Shown: positions 50,401-64,000 of the stretch, one piece after another
Layout of the letters: each line of letters opens with the position of its first letter
How positions within the stretch are numbered: the first letter of the stretch is position 1
Assembly: GCF_035084215.1 (NCBI RefSeq)
Contig: NC_090326.1
Span: 1,922,001-1,986,000, forward strand
Direction: 5' to 3'
Length of the DNA: 64,000 bases
Origin: Heptranchias perlo
Lineage: Eukaryota
Position numbers and translations under genes: made by a program
Notes under the pieces: model-generated
What the model was told of the DNA's origin: nothing
Databases searched by the model: none
What the model saw: only the letters and a program-made list of their open reading frames with translations

Positions 50401-51822
50401 ACGTAAAACCGTGTTTACTCAGCCTGATTATGATTTTCTAATTGCCCTGTTAGTACGTCCTTAATGATAGATTCCGGCATTACAACATTAACTACAGTTA
50501 GAAAACACTTCATTTGCTGTGTAGCTCTTTGGGATGTTTTGAGATCGTAAAAGGCGTTAGTTCTTCCTTTCTTTATATTGAGCTGTCTCACTCCATCTGC
50601 ACATTCCCATTACAGCAACTACAGATTAACTAATTCCCACTCTTTCTGCAGGACAAATTGGCACACAAACCACGGAAGAGAACCTGCATTCAAGACCTCA
50701 CCCAGATGGAGCAGGATGCCCTGGACATCATTTGGATAGCCTACAGGAGAAGAATGGAGAATGACATGGCTCGAGGCCAAGTACAACAGGGTGGAGGCCT
50801 ATTTCTCTTACCTTCTCTCTTTAAGCACTCACACAGGCAGTGTGGCACCCTGGAGCTGCACTGTGCTGCCACTCGATTGCTACTACCTAACCGTCCCAGT
50901 AAACGCTGACCATTGCCCTTCTTTTTTTCCAGGTCTATCTCATTACTTGGGCCCCGCTATGCAAGATTTGGAGGGAGGCCACCCTACAGACGATGCACCA
51001 TCACCAGGTCCATCCTTTCAATACACCAGCGCAGGAATCAGCAAGTCCGGTGGGAAAGATGGTCAGTTAGAAGGATCTACACAGGGAGAATCATTCACAA
51101 ATAGTGAGCAGGAGCTGACCATTGTGGAAAGGTCAGTGCGGGAGACGGATGACCAAAGGGCCAGCTCAGATTCTAGCTGTGCGGAAGAGGACAAAGGTGG
51201 AGATTTCAGCGGCCCAGCCTTCAAAAGAAAGATTTCCCATGTGCATCATCAATTGCTCGAGGCATTAGACAGCCTGTCTAGGAGCTGCCTCACCCTGTCT
51301 GGGAGGGTGGAGGAGTCCGCTTCCATATTGTGGGGCGTTCTGCCGCAAGGCCTCACCACTCTGCAGTCTACCATGGAGCGTGTGGGCAGCACTATGGAAG
51401 CTGCAATCAGGCCGTCTGTTCAGGAGCCTGTGGCACCAGCACTGGCATCATTGATCGATGCACAAACTGGTGCCATTCAGGCTCTGGCCTGCACCATCTC
51501 ATCCGGCTTGGAAAGGCTGGGTGAATGTATTGATAGGGGCTTCAGTCGTGTCTCAGACCTCCTACAATCTGCTCTCCCACAGCTTAGTAACAGTGGTGAG
51601 TCACATACACGTGGAAGTGGCACAGCGGGAGTGGCACATGCTGCCTTCTCTCAGGACGGAAACACATCGGATCCATCGTCACCTCCTCAAACTCCGACTG
51701 CTCTGAGGCCAGGAAGCCTTCAAGACCTGACTGCTCGGGGGTCAGGGATGCGGCTGGGCCAATGGGCCCTGGGGCCGAGAGGTCAGCTGGACCCGACTGC
51801 CCCAGGGCCAGGAAATGGCTAG
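47479..51822 (+). CDS. Myb/SANT-like DNA-binding protein (Harbinger ORF2 / MSANTD-MYPOP-like), exons 47479-47709, 50652-50790, 50933-51822, 419 aa
   Basis: APRFSDAAVEVLVEQV..AWKEVA..RTGVQCRKKFNDL; donor AGG|GTGAGT, acceptor CTTTCTGCAG|, donor CAGG|GTGGAG, acceptor TTTTTTTCCAG|; intron phases 0 and 1 keep one open frame. Confidence 0.72.
47750..47882 (+). mobile_element. Deu-domain SINE fragment
   Basis: GTACTGAGGG..GCACTGTC.GAGGTGCC..CTTTCGGATGAGAC..GTAAAAGATCCC. Confidence 0.75.
48135..50575 (+). mobile_element. tRNA-derived Deu-SINE (SacSINE1-like) split by nested CR1s: CR1 (-) 48461-50475 containing CR1 (+) ~48850-49545
   Basis: B-box GTTCAAATCC 48182, Deu core 48235-48410, SINE 3' part resumes at CATTACAAC 50478; CR1 RT ORFs 48571-49866. 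Confidence 0.82.
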
Positions 51823-52400
51823 ACCCGTCCGCCCCGCGGAGACGAAGCTGGCTTGATCAGTCTGCCCCGGGGCCAAGAAGTTGGCTAGAACAGACTGCCC
51901 AGGGACCAAGAAGCGGCTAGACCAGACTGCCCCGGGGCCATGAAACCGGCTAGACTCGACTCCCCAGAAGCTACGAAGACAGCTAGACCAGACTGGTCCC
52001 GGGGCCAGCAAGCCAGTTAGACCATACTGCCTCGGGCCAGGAAGCCGGATAAACCAGACTGCCCCGGGGCCAGGAAGACGGCTAGACCAGACTGCCCCAG
52101 TGCCAGGAAGCCAGCTAACCAGACTGCCCCGGGGTCATGAAGCCGGCTAGACCAGTCTGCCGCAGGGCCAGGAAGCCGGATAAACCAGACTGCCCTGGGG
52201 CCAGGAAGCCAGCTAAACCAGACTGCCCCAGGGCCAGGAAGCCAGCTAAGCCAGACTGCCCCGGGGCCAGCAAGCCTGCTAGACCAGACTGCCCCGGGGC
52301 CAGGAAGCCTGCTAGACCAGACTGGCCTCCGGACCAGGAAGCCTGCTCGACCAGACTGCCCCGGGGCCAGAAAGCCGGCTGGATCAGACTGCCCCCGCGG
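51700..52400 (+). repeat. 33-bp GC-rich tandem array (~20 units) at the 3' end of the Myb/SANT ORF
   Basis: CCAGACTGCCCCGGGGCCAGGAAGCCGGCTAGA; CCAGGAAG at 52201 and 52234. Confidence 0.92.
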
Positions 52401-52679
52401 CAGCAGAGATGCTGCAACCTGAAGCCAGGTCCCTTCGGTCTCAAGTTCTTAGAGATTGCCACAAAGGCCTCCTACACCTCCTTGCTGAAGCCACGGTGGG
52501 GTTGAGGCAGGGAACACCTTGTAGGAGCCCTCGAGTAGCAAACAGATCTCCTAACAAGGATGAATAGGTTGACACATGGGTGATGATGTTGGTTCATTGT
52601 ATTTGTAGAATTATTAAAATGTTAAACTGTTAGCAATTCTAACTTTGCATTGCTCGGTGGATTTATTTTAACGAATGAA

Positions 52680-53100
52680 TCAAAAGAAAGACTTGCATTT
52701 CTATTATGCCTTTCACGATCTCAGTTCATCCCAAAGCACTTTACAACCAATAAAGTGAAGTTGCTGTTGTAATGTCGGAAACACGGCAGCCAATTTGCAC
52801 ACAGCAAGCTCCCACAAACAACACGGAGATCATGTTTTAGTGGTGTTGGTTCAGGGGTTAATACAGACCCAAGACACCAGGTAGAACTTCCCTGCTCTCC
52901 TCCAAAATAGTGCCATTGGATCTTTTATATCCACCTGAGTGGGGCTTCGTCCAAAAGATGGTGCCGACGACAGTGCAGCATTTCCTCAGTACTGTGCTGG
53001 GAGTCTCATCTTAGATTATGGGTTAAAGTCTCTGAAATGGGACATGAACCCACCTCCTGACTCAAAGGCGAGAATGCTATCCATTGAGTCACGGCTGACA
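52680..53100 (-). mobile_element. Full-length Deu-SINE (SacSINE1-like)
   Basis: Reverse strand reads TGTCAGCCGTGACTCAATGG head, GGTTCATGTCCC B-box, Deu core, 3' AATGCAAGTCTTTCTTT. Confidence 0.82.
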
Positions 53101-54919
53101 TGTATGCACCTTGGTGAAGGTCAGTGGTTGGATGTACTTTATTGGAGGGTTGCAGGAACAGTAGAGACACGGTTCAGGACTCTTAATGGATGGGAGGGAT
53201 AAGATTCTTCGGTTCAGGGTACGAAAGGCCAATGGTCTTAATTTTCTCATGTAGAAATAGAAGCACTGAATTAGTAACTAGAAATGCGGCTCAATGTAGG
53301 AGAAGGGGAAACGGGGACAAACTAGTAAAAGAGAACTGGTGAACTTTGATATGAAGGGGATCGTTCCCTTTATCGGATTAATGCGGACATTACCTTTAAA
53401 AGTTGGTTTGTTGGCTGGCGGGTTTTTTGAAATTGCTCTGATCCCGGCTGAACCGAGCCAGTAAACACCGAGGGCAGCAAAGGGAGTCGGTGCTACTGGA
53501 GAGAATGGGGAACTCATTTCTGACCCAGGAACAGGTCCCGCAATGTAAAATGGGATTCCACCGGTGCCTAAAGCTGTAATCCAGACTGATTTTACAATCT
53601 ATAACTCTTAAACTAGATGTTTCCATCCCTGCTGTTTCTCTCGGTACCTTTTGATGAAGGAACTTTCATAGATAAAGTGGGCGGCTGTAAAATGAGCCTG
53701 TGGGTTCTATTCATTAATGGCACCTTTACTGATAAAATGAATGTGTGTCTCCGAAATGGAGGGGGCGATTTCTCAAACCAATCACGGAGAAATATGGGAC
53801 ATTGGGGGTCGGTGGGTTTGCTGGGACAGTGTAGGATTAATATCAGACAGCAGATGTCCAAGATTAATTTAATCAGAATGAAACACTCAATCACAAAGAT
53901 CGAACGGCTTTTAGCTGTAAGGACGTAGAGTTTGATGGAAGCTGGCTGTTCTATCATTGATTTCTGAAGCAATGACAGTGCGATTAACTAACTCCAGTCA
54001 TTTGAATCCAGCACTGAGGGTGAGCCGCAATTAGTTGGGATTTAAAACCCATGCTGGATATAAAGCGGAATCGGATCAAATGAAGTTTCAGTTTATTGTC
54101 CCTCTCCAGCTGTACTGACAGAGGCTGTTTCACTGTAACTCGCAATAACAGATCCAAAGGCTGATGATTAAAACTTGTATTCTATGAGACATAAAAGCCC
54201 GAGAACTCCTTTTAAAGTGTGTCTTGCTCTATCACTCAGCGCTAGAATGAGAAGCAGCGGAAAACATTAGTGTCACATTCACTTCGGTACTAGTAACTGA
54301 CACAGGAACAGGCTGACAGCGACAGATTAAATCCCTCACACATACAATAACAGAAAAAATTCACTCACACTGATTCAGCAAACGCTGACACAATAATCAA
54401 CACATCAATCAGCTTCCGTTATACAAATCTGAGCGACAGAAGACAGACCGAGTAAGTGTCATCCGATGATGGGACTGTAAATAACACTTACAACAATGGC
54501 CGGAACACAACAAAAAGCATCTTGTAGACGATGATCAAACGTCCCTGGTATTTCTGTCTCCCACCCGCCCAGTTTACTCACAATTATGATTATTTAGGCC
54601 TCATTTCCGACACAAGCTGCAAATTTCAACCAATTGGAGATTGGCGACATCTACTGCCCGGAAGCGAGTGCCGTAACAGACCGACATGGATCAGTAATAT
54701 TTAACAAGATATTTATTGTTCGCTTCTAACAGACGGGAGGCAGTTAGTTCCAGAATCGGAATAAGGTTTTCAGCGTCATCGGGACATGAAATCGAGACAA
54801 GGAGCGAAAACATCAGGATCTGAAACAGGTCGTTTTATTGTTAAATTCCAGCCCTTTCATACATACAGTGGGTGGCTCTGAAAAGTGACTTTGGATTATC
54901 AGATTAAATCTTGGTCGAT

Positions 54920-55369
<450 letters not shown>

Positions 55370-55724
55370 TTATACCTTCTGGAAGAGTACAGTGGGGCAA
55401 TTGTGATTGGCCCATCCGTTCTTCCTCTCATTGGGCTGTTCACCAAACAATGAGAGCGGTTTTATTCACCAATCAATAGCCGTCAATGAGAAAGGGCGGA
55501 CATATATGCCCCAATTATCAGACCTGAAACGTTTATTTTCAAATTTGAAAAGCCCGCCAATATATTTATAACACAAGAAGCGGATTTAGTAAATAACGTC
55601 GCCTGAAGGCAAAAATGTTTAAATCTATCAGTTAGCCACCTGTCTGAACAACGACACCTTTTGATTGGTGTGATGGTGTCCCAGCCTAATATAAGATATG
55701 CGATTTGAGAACCTCTTATTCACT

Positions 55725-55855
55725 CACTCACCTGACGAAGGGGATAATCTCCGAAAGCTTGTGATTTTAAAATAAAATTGTTGGACTATAACCTGGTGTT
55801 GGAAGATTCCTTACATTTGTCCACCCCAGTCCATCACCGGCATCCCCACATCATC
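55725..55855 (+). mobile_element. Diverged PLE pLTR plus tail with hammerhead motif
   Basis: TCAC-CTGACGA-A-GGGGA-TAA-TCTCC-GAAA-GCTT-GTGA, then CCCCAGTCCATCACCGGCATC tail. Confidence 0.82.
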
Positions 55856-56560
55856 TGTTATTCCACATTAACTTCACATCTTAGAGACTCTTACAATCCG
55901 GTTAAAACTCGCCATCATTTTCCATTCGCTTTCAAACTGGCGGGAATAACGCCCCATTTTGTAGCGGGGCAGATTCCAGCTCACTTTGTGTAAAAAAACA
56001 AACCACAGTTTGTGAATTGATTCCGGTTCACAGGAGCTGCTGCGGGATCTAAATCGGAGCTGAAATTCCTGGTGTAGGAAGTCGAACAATGACAGAGCCT
56101 TTCGACAATTCTATCCTCACTATGAAGTCCCTTTCAGGTTTGCTGCATTACAAAGGCTTGCGGTTCATAAACTGATACCACCGAATAATGAACAAACAAA
56201 CGTGGAAAGGGGAAAGAAATGACAGTTGTCTAATCCACCGCCATTAAAACGGCTCTGAAGAGGCAATTGCGGGGGAAGGGCCGACTATGAACGGGAATGA
56301 GAGGATCAGGGACACGTTTTTTGTTATTGGGTCTAAATTGAACAACGACACATAGATTAGACTGGGCAGTCATTATGAAAATCTTCTAGAGTTCAAAAGA
56401 AATTACAAAAGCTTGATAGTTATAGAAAGACAGTTAGTAACAAACTATCTACAGTAAAATGATTCCATTCAAAGGTGTCATTACAGCGTCTTCAAAGAGA
56501 CTATGGGTGGCTCTTAAAAGAGCCTTTGTGTTTAGGTTGTTTTCAGTTCATTGTGGAGTT

Positions 56561-56935
56561 TTACTTGGAGCTGGTGTACTTGGTCACCGCCTTTGTCCCT
56601 TCCGACACGGCGTGTTTGGCCAGTTCTCCGGGCAGCAGCAGGCGCACAGCGGTCTGGATCTCTCGGGAGCTGATGGTGTGGCGCTTATTATAATGGGCCA
56701 GGCGGGAAGCCTCACCCGCGATGCGCTCGAAAATATCGTTCACAAAGGAGTTCATGATGCTCATCGCCTTGGAGGAGATGCCGGTGTCGGGGTGAACCTG
56801 CTTCATCACTTTGTAGATGTAGATGGAGTAACTCTCCTTCCTCGTCTTTCTCCTTTTCTTGCCGCCCTTTGCTGGCGTTTTACTCAAGGTTTTCTTGGCG
56901 CCCTTCTTGGGAGCTGCTTTCTTGTCCTCAGGCAT
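56561..56935 (-). CDS. H2B: Histone H2B (124 aa)
   Basis: Intact ORF; stem-loop at 56509-56524 with ACCCA. Confidence 0.97.
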   Translation of the reverse strand: MPEDKKAAPKKGAKKTLSKTPAKGGKKRRKTRKESYSIYIYKVMKQVHPDTGISSKAMSIMNSFVNDIFERIAGEASRLAHYNKRHTISSREIQTAVRLLLPGELAKHAVSEGTKAVTKYTSSK

Positions 56936-57844
56936 TTTCAAACTCAATTTCAGACCCAGAAATGACCCAAATCCGCTCCGAGCCCAGGTTAAATAGGCTG
57001 ACGTCACCGCCACATGCTAATAAGGGATGGGTGAAGGCAATGATTGTGATTGGGCAGTTGGGAGTGATGTCACAATACTTTTTCCTTTAACGCTCTGATT
57101 GGCTTTTTCAGATATCCAATCAGATTTAGTACCTTCCACCAATCACTAACACTCTCACACTGCCCATTGTCCGGTTACAGCGATTTGTTCCGAACTGTTG
57201 CAGTTCTGCTTCCGGCCAGTTGATGTCCCCAAACCCCGGGACAGTGAAGTTTGCAGATGAGAGAGGGACAGAACATCAACTAATTATTCGCATTATATTG
57301 CACGAATGCGATTTAGAAAAAAATGTGAATGGAGACGAGCTGCAAGTACATTTTGTTAGACCAAACATTAGTTGTAATGCTGTGTTGAATACTTGCTATT
57401 AATTTAGGGTATATAGTCAATACTGAGGAAGACTGCGACAAAATAAGCTTGCAGAACTGCCATGTAAATGCGCATTGAATTTCAATATAGAAAGGTGTGA
57501 GCTGTTGCATTTTGCTAGGGGAATAAGGAGGCCACATACCGGTTGGAAAATAAGAGTCTAAATGGGGTAGAGGAGCAATATAAATCGTGTCCTGAGAAAT
57601 CAGAGAGAAATACTTCGCAATGTACAGTGAAATATAAAGGGACAAATTCACAACTATCGAATGAGTAAAAAAAATCTTTATTATGACTCAATTATCTTCA
57701 TTTTCACTATCAAAATGTGCAAAAATGCGAGAGCAGAAGTTACAGACAGAAACGTTCCTCACATTACACATTGTCCCGTTTCTGTCACCACGACAGATGC
57801 TCAGAATTTGTTCCGCTCTTTTACAGTTCTCGCTTACGTCCAGT

Positions 57845-59085
57845 AGAGGTCAGTCTCTGGTACCGTATATGAGAGTGGGGTTAATTCTGTATCTTGTCTG
57901 TCTCAGGTACTGTGTGAGTGTGGGATTCATTCTGAATCTAGTCAGTCTCTGGTACTGAGTGTGAACATGGGGTTTATTCTGTATCTTGTCAGTCTCCGGT
58001 ACGATATGAGTTTTGGATTAAATCTGTGTCTGTTAGTCTCTGGTACTATATATAAGTGAAGGAATCTTTCTGTATCTGTCAGTCTCTAGTGCTCTATGTG
58101 AGTGTGGGATTCATTCTGAATCTGACATTCTCTGCTACTTTATCTCAGTGTGGGATTCATTCTGTAATTCAGTCTCTGAGACAAAATGCAAGTCTGGATT
58201 AATTATGTATATTTATTTCAGTTTACAGTATCGTATTTGAAACTGTGTCTCTAATTCTTTAAAGAATATACAGCTTTTCGTCGAGTATATAATTTGTAAA
58301 TATGGATACTTTTCGATTTTCTTTAATCAAACAACGTGTGTGAGTTTTGGAGTAGTATTACATCTTAATCTCTGAACTCGATTGTGAATGATAATGTACC
58401 TTTCAATCTGTTCACGGTGAAATTATTGGACTGTTATGTAATGTGTAGCTCAGTCTGCAATCAAGGAATTAATTCTTTGTATCAGTCTGACATTGTATGA
58501 GATTTTTGGACTGGTATATAATATGTAGCTCAGCCTGCACTAATGGAATTGATACACTATCTATCAGTCAGTTACTGTATGAGACTTTTGGACTGGAATG
58601 TGATGTGAAGCTCAGCCTGCACTAATGGAATTGATAATGTATCTATCAGTCTGATACTGTATGACATTTTTGGACTGGAATGCGATGTGTAGCTCAGTCT
58701 GCAATAATATAGAAGTGAATCTGAATCTTTCAATCTGATAGTCTGTGAAATTTTTGGACTGATGGGTAACATGTCACTCAGTCTGCACTAATGGAATTGA
58801 TACTGTATCTATCAGTCTCGCATTGTATGAGATTTTTGGACTAGTATATAAAGTGTAGCTCAGTCTGTACCAATGCAATTGATACTGCATATTTCAATAT
58901 AATACTGTATGACTATTTAGTAGTGTGTATAATATGCAACTCAGTTTGCACTAATGGAATTGATACTGTACCTTTAAGTCTGACGCTATGAGACTTTTGG
59001 ACTGGTATGTAATGCATAACTCAGCCTGCAGTAATGTGACTGTGGTAATGTGTGATTCATTCTATTCCTATTAATCTGTGGTTCT

Positions 59086-59123
<38 letters not shown>

Positions 59124-61280
59124 TTCATTCTGTACATGTCAACCTGGAACTGTGTGTGTGTGTGTGTGTGTGTGTGCGTGGGATTCATTCTGTATCTGTC
59201 AGTCTCTGGCACTTTGTGTGAATTTGAGATTCATTCTATATCTGTCAATCTCCAGTACTGTATATGAGTGAGGGATTCATTCTGTTCCTGTCAGCCTCTG
59301 GTGCTGTATGTGAGTGAGACATTCACTCCTATCTATCAATCTCTAATACTGTATTTGAGTGATATAAATTCTGCAACTGAAGTCTATGCTAGTGTGTGGA
59401 TGTGGGATTCATTTTGTATCTTTCAGTCACTGATATGTTGTTTGAGTGTGGGATTCATTCTATATGTCAGTCTCTGGCACTGTATCTGAGTGTGAGATTT
59501 AGTCTTTATCGGTATGCAATTTGTATCTCTGTTTACAGTACGGCGTTCAAAACTGTATCATTGATACCATAATGTAAGAATATTTTTCCCAGTATGTAAT
59601 TGGTAGTTAATTATACATTTTAATATGCAATGCTGTAGGTCATAATCAGAGAATGTGTGCACTTTTTGGACTACTATTAGATCTATATTGATGTGAACAC
59701 AACTGACATGGTGACATTTATGAACTTGTAAATAATGTGTAGATCAGTCTGCACTAATGTAGGTGACTGTGAGATTCATTTTTTATCTCTCAGTCTCTTG
59801 TACTGTGTGTGAGTGTGGGATTCATTCTGTTCCTTGTTAGTAGTGTGTGTGAGTTTGTGATTCATTCTACATATGCAGTCTCTGATACTGTGTGAGTGTG
59901 GGTTTTATTCTGTGTCTGTCACTCTCAGGTACTGTATGTGAGTGTGGGATTTATTCTGTGTCTGTCAGCCTCTGGTACTCTATGTGAGTGTGGGATTCAT
60001 TCTGAATATACAATCTCTGATACTGTGTGTGGGTGCGAGATTTATTCTTTATCTGTTACTGTCTGGCACTCTATATGAGTATGGGATTCATTCTGTATAT
60101 ACAGTCTCTAGCACTCTGTGTGGGTGTTGAAGTCATTCTATATAAGCAGTTTCTCATACTGTATGTAAGTGTGGGATTAATTCTGTACCTCTCAGTCCCT
60201 GGTACTGTGTGTGAGTGTGGGATTCATAATTTACTTGTTATCTTTGGTACTTTTGAGAGTGTGGGATTAACTCAGTATCTGTCAGTCCCTGGTACTGTAC
60301 ATCACTGTGGGATTAATTCTGTATTTTCATCTCTGGTATGATATGTGATTGTAGGATTCACTCTGTGTCTGTCAGTGTCTAGTACTGTATGGGAGTTTGG
60401 GATTCCTTCTGCATCTGTCAGTCACTGGTATGGTATGTGAGTGTCAGCTTCATTCTGTGTCTGTGTGTCTCTGGTACTGTATCTGAGTGTGAGATTTACT
60501 CTTTATCTCTATGTAATTTGTATCTGTGTTTACAGTATGACATTCAAAACTGTATCTTTAATACCTTAATTTATAAATATTTTTCCCAGTATTTAATTGG
60601 TAGTTAATTATACACTTTAATATGTAATTCTGTAGGTTATAATCAGAAAATGTGTGCACTTTTTGGACTACTATTAGATCTGTATTGATGTGAACACAAC
60701 TGACATGGTGACACTTTTGAACTTGTACATAATGTGTAGCTCATTCTGCGTGAATGGAATTGATACTGTATCTTTCAATCTGACACTGTGTGGTTTTTGG
60801 ACTGGTACGTAATGTGTAACTCAACCTGCATTAATGTAGGTGACTGTGAGATCCATTTTGTATCTCTCAGTCTCTGGTACTGTACCTGAGTGTGAGATTC
60901 ATTCTGTATCTGTATGTAATTATTCTCTCAGATTAAATTATGGTGTTCAATACTGTAGCTTTAATATCTTAATGTTTACATTGTTTTTCTCATTATTTAA
61001 TTGATAAATGTAGATGCACTTTAGGATTTGATGCTGTAGGTATTAATCAGATGATTTTTGTGCTTTTTGGACTACTATTAAATCTTTATCACTGTACTAT
61101 TGTGAATGATAATTAATCTTTCAAACTGATATGGTGACATTTTTGAATTGGTATACTTATGGAATTGATATCGTATCTTTCTATCTAAGATCATATGAGA
61201 TTTTTGGACTGGTATGTAATGTGTAATGGAATTAATACTGTACCTTTAAATCTCATACTATGAATGCATTCAAACTGGTA
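57845..61280 (-). repeat. Alternating inverted 46-bp (57845-58185, 59040-59500, 59765-60500, 60840-60915) and 82-bp (58390-59035, 60700-60840, ~61100-61280) arrays; (GT)n at 59085-59178
   Basis: Reverse complements of the units above. Confidence 0.88.
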
Positions 61281-62439
61281 TCTAATTTTTTTTCACAGTT
61301 TTACTATCTTTCAGCATTTCTAAATCTGATAGTCTATGTGAGTTTTGGACTTGTATGCAATTTGTATCTCATGTTACGCTATTCAGGTGAATACTGCATG
61401 TATTAAACTCACGTGTGTGCAAGTTCTGGGTTTGTATTCAATCGGAATCTCAGGGTAGATTATTGGGATTCATTCTACACCTTTCATTGGGTATATGTGT
61501 GATTTCTATCTGGTATATAATTGGTAGCTAATGTTGCCCTATTGTGAGATTGACACAGTGCCTTTCAATCTGATAGTGTGATTTTGGACTGGGATTTTTG
61601 TATCTACCTGTCAGCGGTTCTGAGTTAGGGTGCAATGGAAACAGTGTCTGCCTCCCCTGCTCTGTTGACTATTCGATTGAGAATGTGACTCTGGAACTTA
61701 GGATCAGTGTGTAACTGAATACTTCTGCTGTCTGAGACTGTGGAACTGAATACCTGTCTGTGTCTCTGTGCTCTGTGTGTGTGGTAATACACCTACTGTG
61801 TGTGAGAAGGAGCTGGCTGCACTGTTCCTTGTGCTGCAGGTGGAGGAAACTTCACACTGATTCTGGATCCTAAAAGTATTTGCCTGTCGGAAGAAAAAAG
61901 TATCTCTTGTAACTCAAGAACAGTTGAGGTAGAAAATACAAAAGAGTTCAGTTTAATATCTCTGATAAGCATCATTTTGAATATCCAGAAATGAAAACCA
62001 GTGATACAAACAGTGTCAGTGTCTGACTCCACTGCAGTACTGCATCACTCAGCTTCTGCATACCAGGTGTGTTGGGCAGTTTTAGAGCAATTTAGTGACA
62101 TCCAGACAGAACCCAACCCCTGCACTGATCCATGAATGAAACTACCTGATGGGGCAGGGACCTTTGTACAGGTCAGGTTTGTAATCTCCTCTCCCACGGG
62201 ACTAACCGTTCAACCGAAACCAAACCGGCGCTGTTTGACATGTATCCTTCACACTTCTCACCTCATGCCTGCAATAGATGCTCTTTGTATAACTCCCCAC
62301 ATCATTAGTGTGCGGCTCACTTTCCACTTTTCCCTGTCCTGTAACAACAAAGAGTGAGACTGGAACTGAACCAGAACCATTCACCACTAATTTGGGGAAA
62401 TAAAGCAGCAATAATTTAAAATAGCAGGTTCTTCCCATT

Positions 62440-62835
62440 CTGTCTCCCTTACCCTGGACACACCCTGTACACACAGACCGGGAGTGGCCTCTCCCTTCCC
62501 CCACTCACTCCATGTTCCGGGACCAGTTCCTGATCCACTCCACCTCTTACAAACAGCCCCAGGACTCCCCCTGAAATTGCCCCGGACTCAATGCCAATCT
62601 CTGAGCCCATCTGCGGACACGGTCCCGAAGCAATGAGTTGCTGTAACGTGGCTGCTGTTTGCTTCCTTACCGCGGGGGCTGTGATCTCTCCATTCCCGGC
62701 TGTTTTACACCATCTTCTTCCGCTCACCGAGGGAATGGAGACCACAGGCAGATCTGGGGGAGGGGAGCGCGCATGCGCACTTCTGCACTGTAACAATCTG
62801 CTTTGGGGGCGGGGCTGAATCAAGCATGCGCAGGT
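62440..62835 (-). promoter_or_regulatory. CpG-rich promoter / first-exon-like element, copy 3 (inverted)
   Basis: GCGCATGCGC ~62769, GGGGCGGGG ~62806; homologous to 21271-21650. Confidence 0.5.
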
Positions 62836-64000
62836 ATCTGGTTTAATTCCGAATACAAAAATCAATGGAAACTTTCCCCAGTTGGAATTTTTCAGAGTCT
62901 GAGCAAAGGAACTGGGGCTGGGGGAAAGGTCAGAGGGAATGGGGTCACAGACAGAGCAGGAACAGGCACCAGAATGTAAAACAGATGGGATTCCACCAAT
63001 GCCTAACGCTGGAATCCAGACTGACTTTACAATCTCTAACTATTAAACTAAATGTTTCCATTCCTGCTGTTTCTCTCGGTATCTTATGATGGCTGTGCGG
63101 CTGTGAAATGAGACGATGGATTCTGTTCATTTTTTGCCCCTTTACTGATAAAACTTACGCGTGGGGAAGAAACTGGAGGGAGGATTTCTCAAACCAATCC
63201 TGGAGAAACATGGGAGGAAAGTGGGAGTCGGTGTGTTTGTAGGGACCGTGTAGGATTAATATCTCACAGCCGCAGTCCAAAATTAATTTAATCAGAGTGA
63301 AACTCTCGATCACTGAGAGTAATACCGAATGGTCCTGAGCTCCAAAACGACATATAGTATAACAGGCAAGAGAGCGTTAAAAGTGGCCTATTGTTTTTAT
63401 CGCTGTCTGCACTGTCCCCGAGTGGGGATTAATAGTGTATCTGTACAATATTATTGAGAGATGAGATTGCATCTTCTGTCTCTCCAACGGGATTTTTCTG
63501 TATGAAACGGAACTTTACAGGTCAGTCTGGAACTGATACTGTGTACGTCTGTTTGTCACAGTTTCTCTTCGACCTCTCTGTCTCTCTCTCAACGCGTCCG
63601 TCTCCCTCTATCTTGCTCTCTGGTGCTGTATATGAAGGTGGGATACTGTTATTGAGCGTGATATGGACACAATGATAGGAAGTTTAAGACTGGTACTTTC
63701 TCTCTCTCTAGTGCTGGACATGAAGGCGGGATACAATCTGAAATAAAAGAGAGCGAATGGGATTTCCGGGCCGGCCTCACTGTAACTGGGGCTGTGTTCG
63801 GCTCCAGTCCCATTTTATAGTCATTTTCGTTTCACCGCTTCAGGGCGAGAGTCTCTCTGAGATCGTAATACTGGCGGAGAAACTCCGCGTCAAAACTCAA
63901 TCCCCAACACATGAGATTCTCAAAATCAGCTGGAATAAGGTGTTTAAAAACTGCTGAACCTGTCTGGGAGTGGTGTGTGAGGAGACAGAACAGGGTCTGG

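Noticed and set aside
52115-52505. Stand-alone repeat proteins (KPARPDCPGAR or GQSGLAGFLAP)
   Set aside because: Open frames are expected from a 33-bp GC-rich unit; there is no independent promoter or splice support

Overview
Vertebrate, almost certainly cartilaginous-fish (shark-type), genomic DNA; the taxon is inferred from Deu-domain SINEs, the CR1 families and the H2B/H1 N-termini. The window is a decaying replication-dependent histone cluster built from a ~20-21 kb segmental unit, present as three partial direct copies (~1-21k, ~21-36k, ~41.4-47k) and one inverted copy (~53.3-64k). The unit order is: CpG/NRF1 promoter-like element with putative non-coding exons, 82-bp and 46-bp minisatellite arrays, then H2B(+), H2A(+), H3(-), H4(-), H1(-). 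Intact ORFs are three H2B, one H2A, one H3.2 and one H1. Defective copies are an internally deleted H2A, a fully deleted H2A, a frameshifted H4 and a stop-loss H3. Mobile DNA is abundant: nested CR1 LINEs (two near full length, with esterase ORF1), an L2/CR1-group LINE, a Tx1 fragment, Deu-SINEs, and Neptune-type Penelope-like elements that form TSD-flanked palindromes carrying minimal hammerhead motifs. A three-exon, frame-consistent Myb/SANT gene of probable Harbinger origin sits between the direct and inverted units. All coordinates were read by eye and repeat boundaries are approximate.
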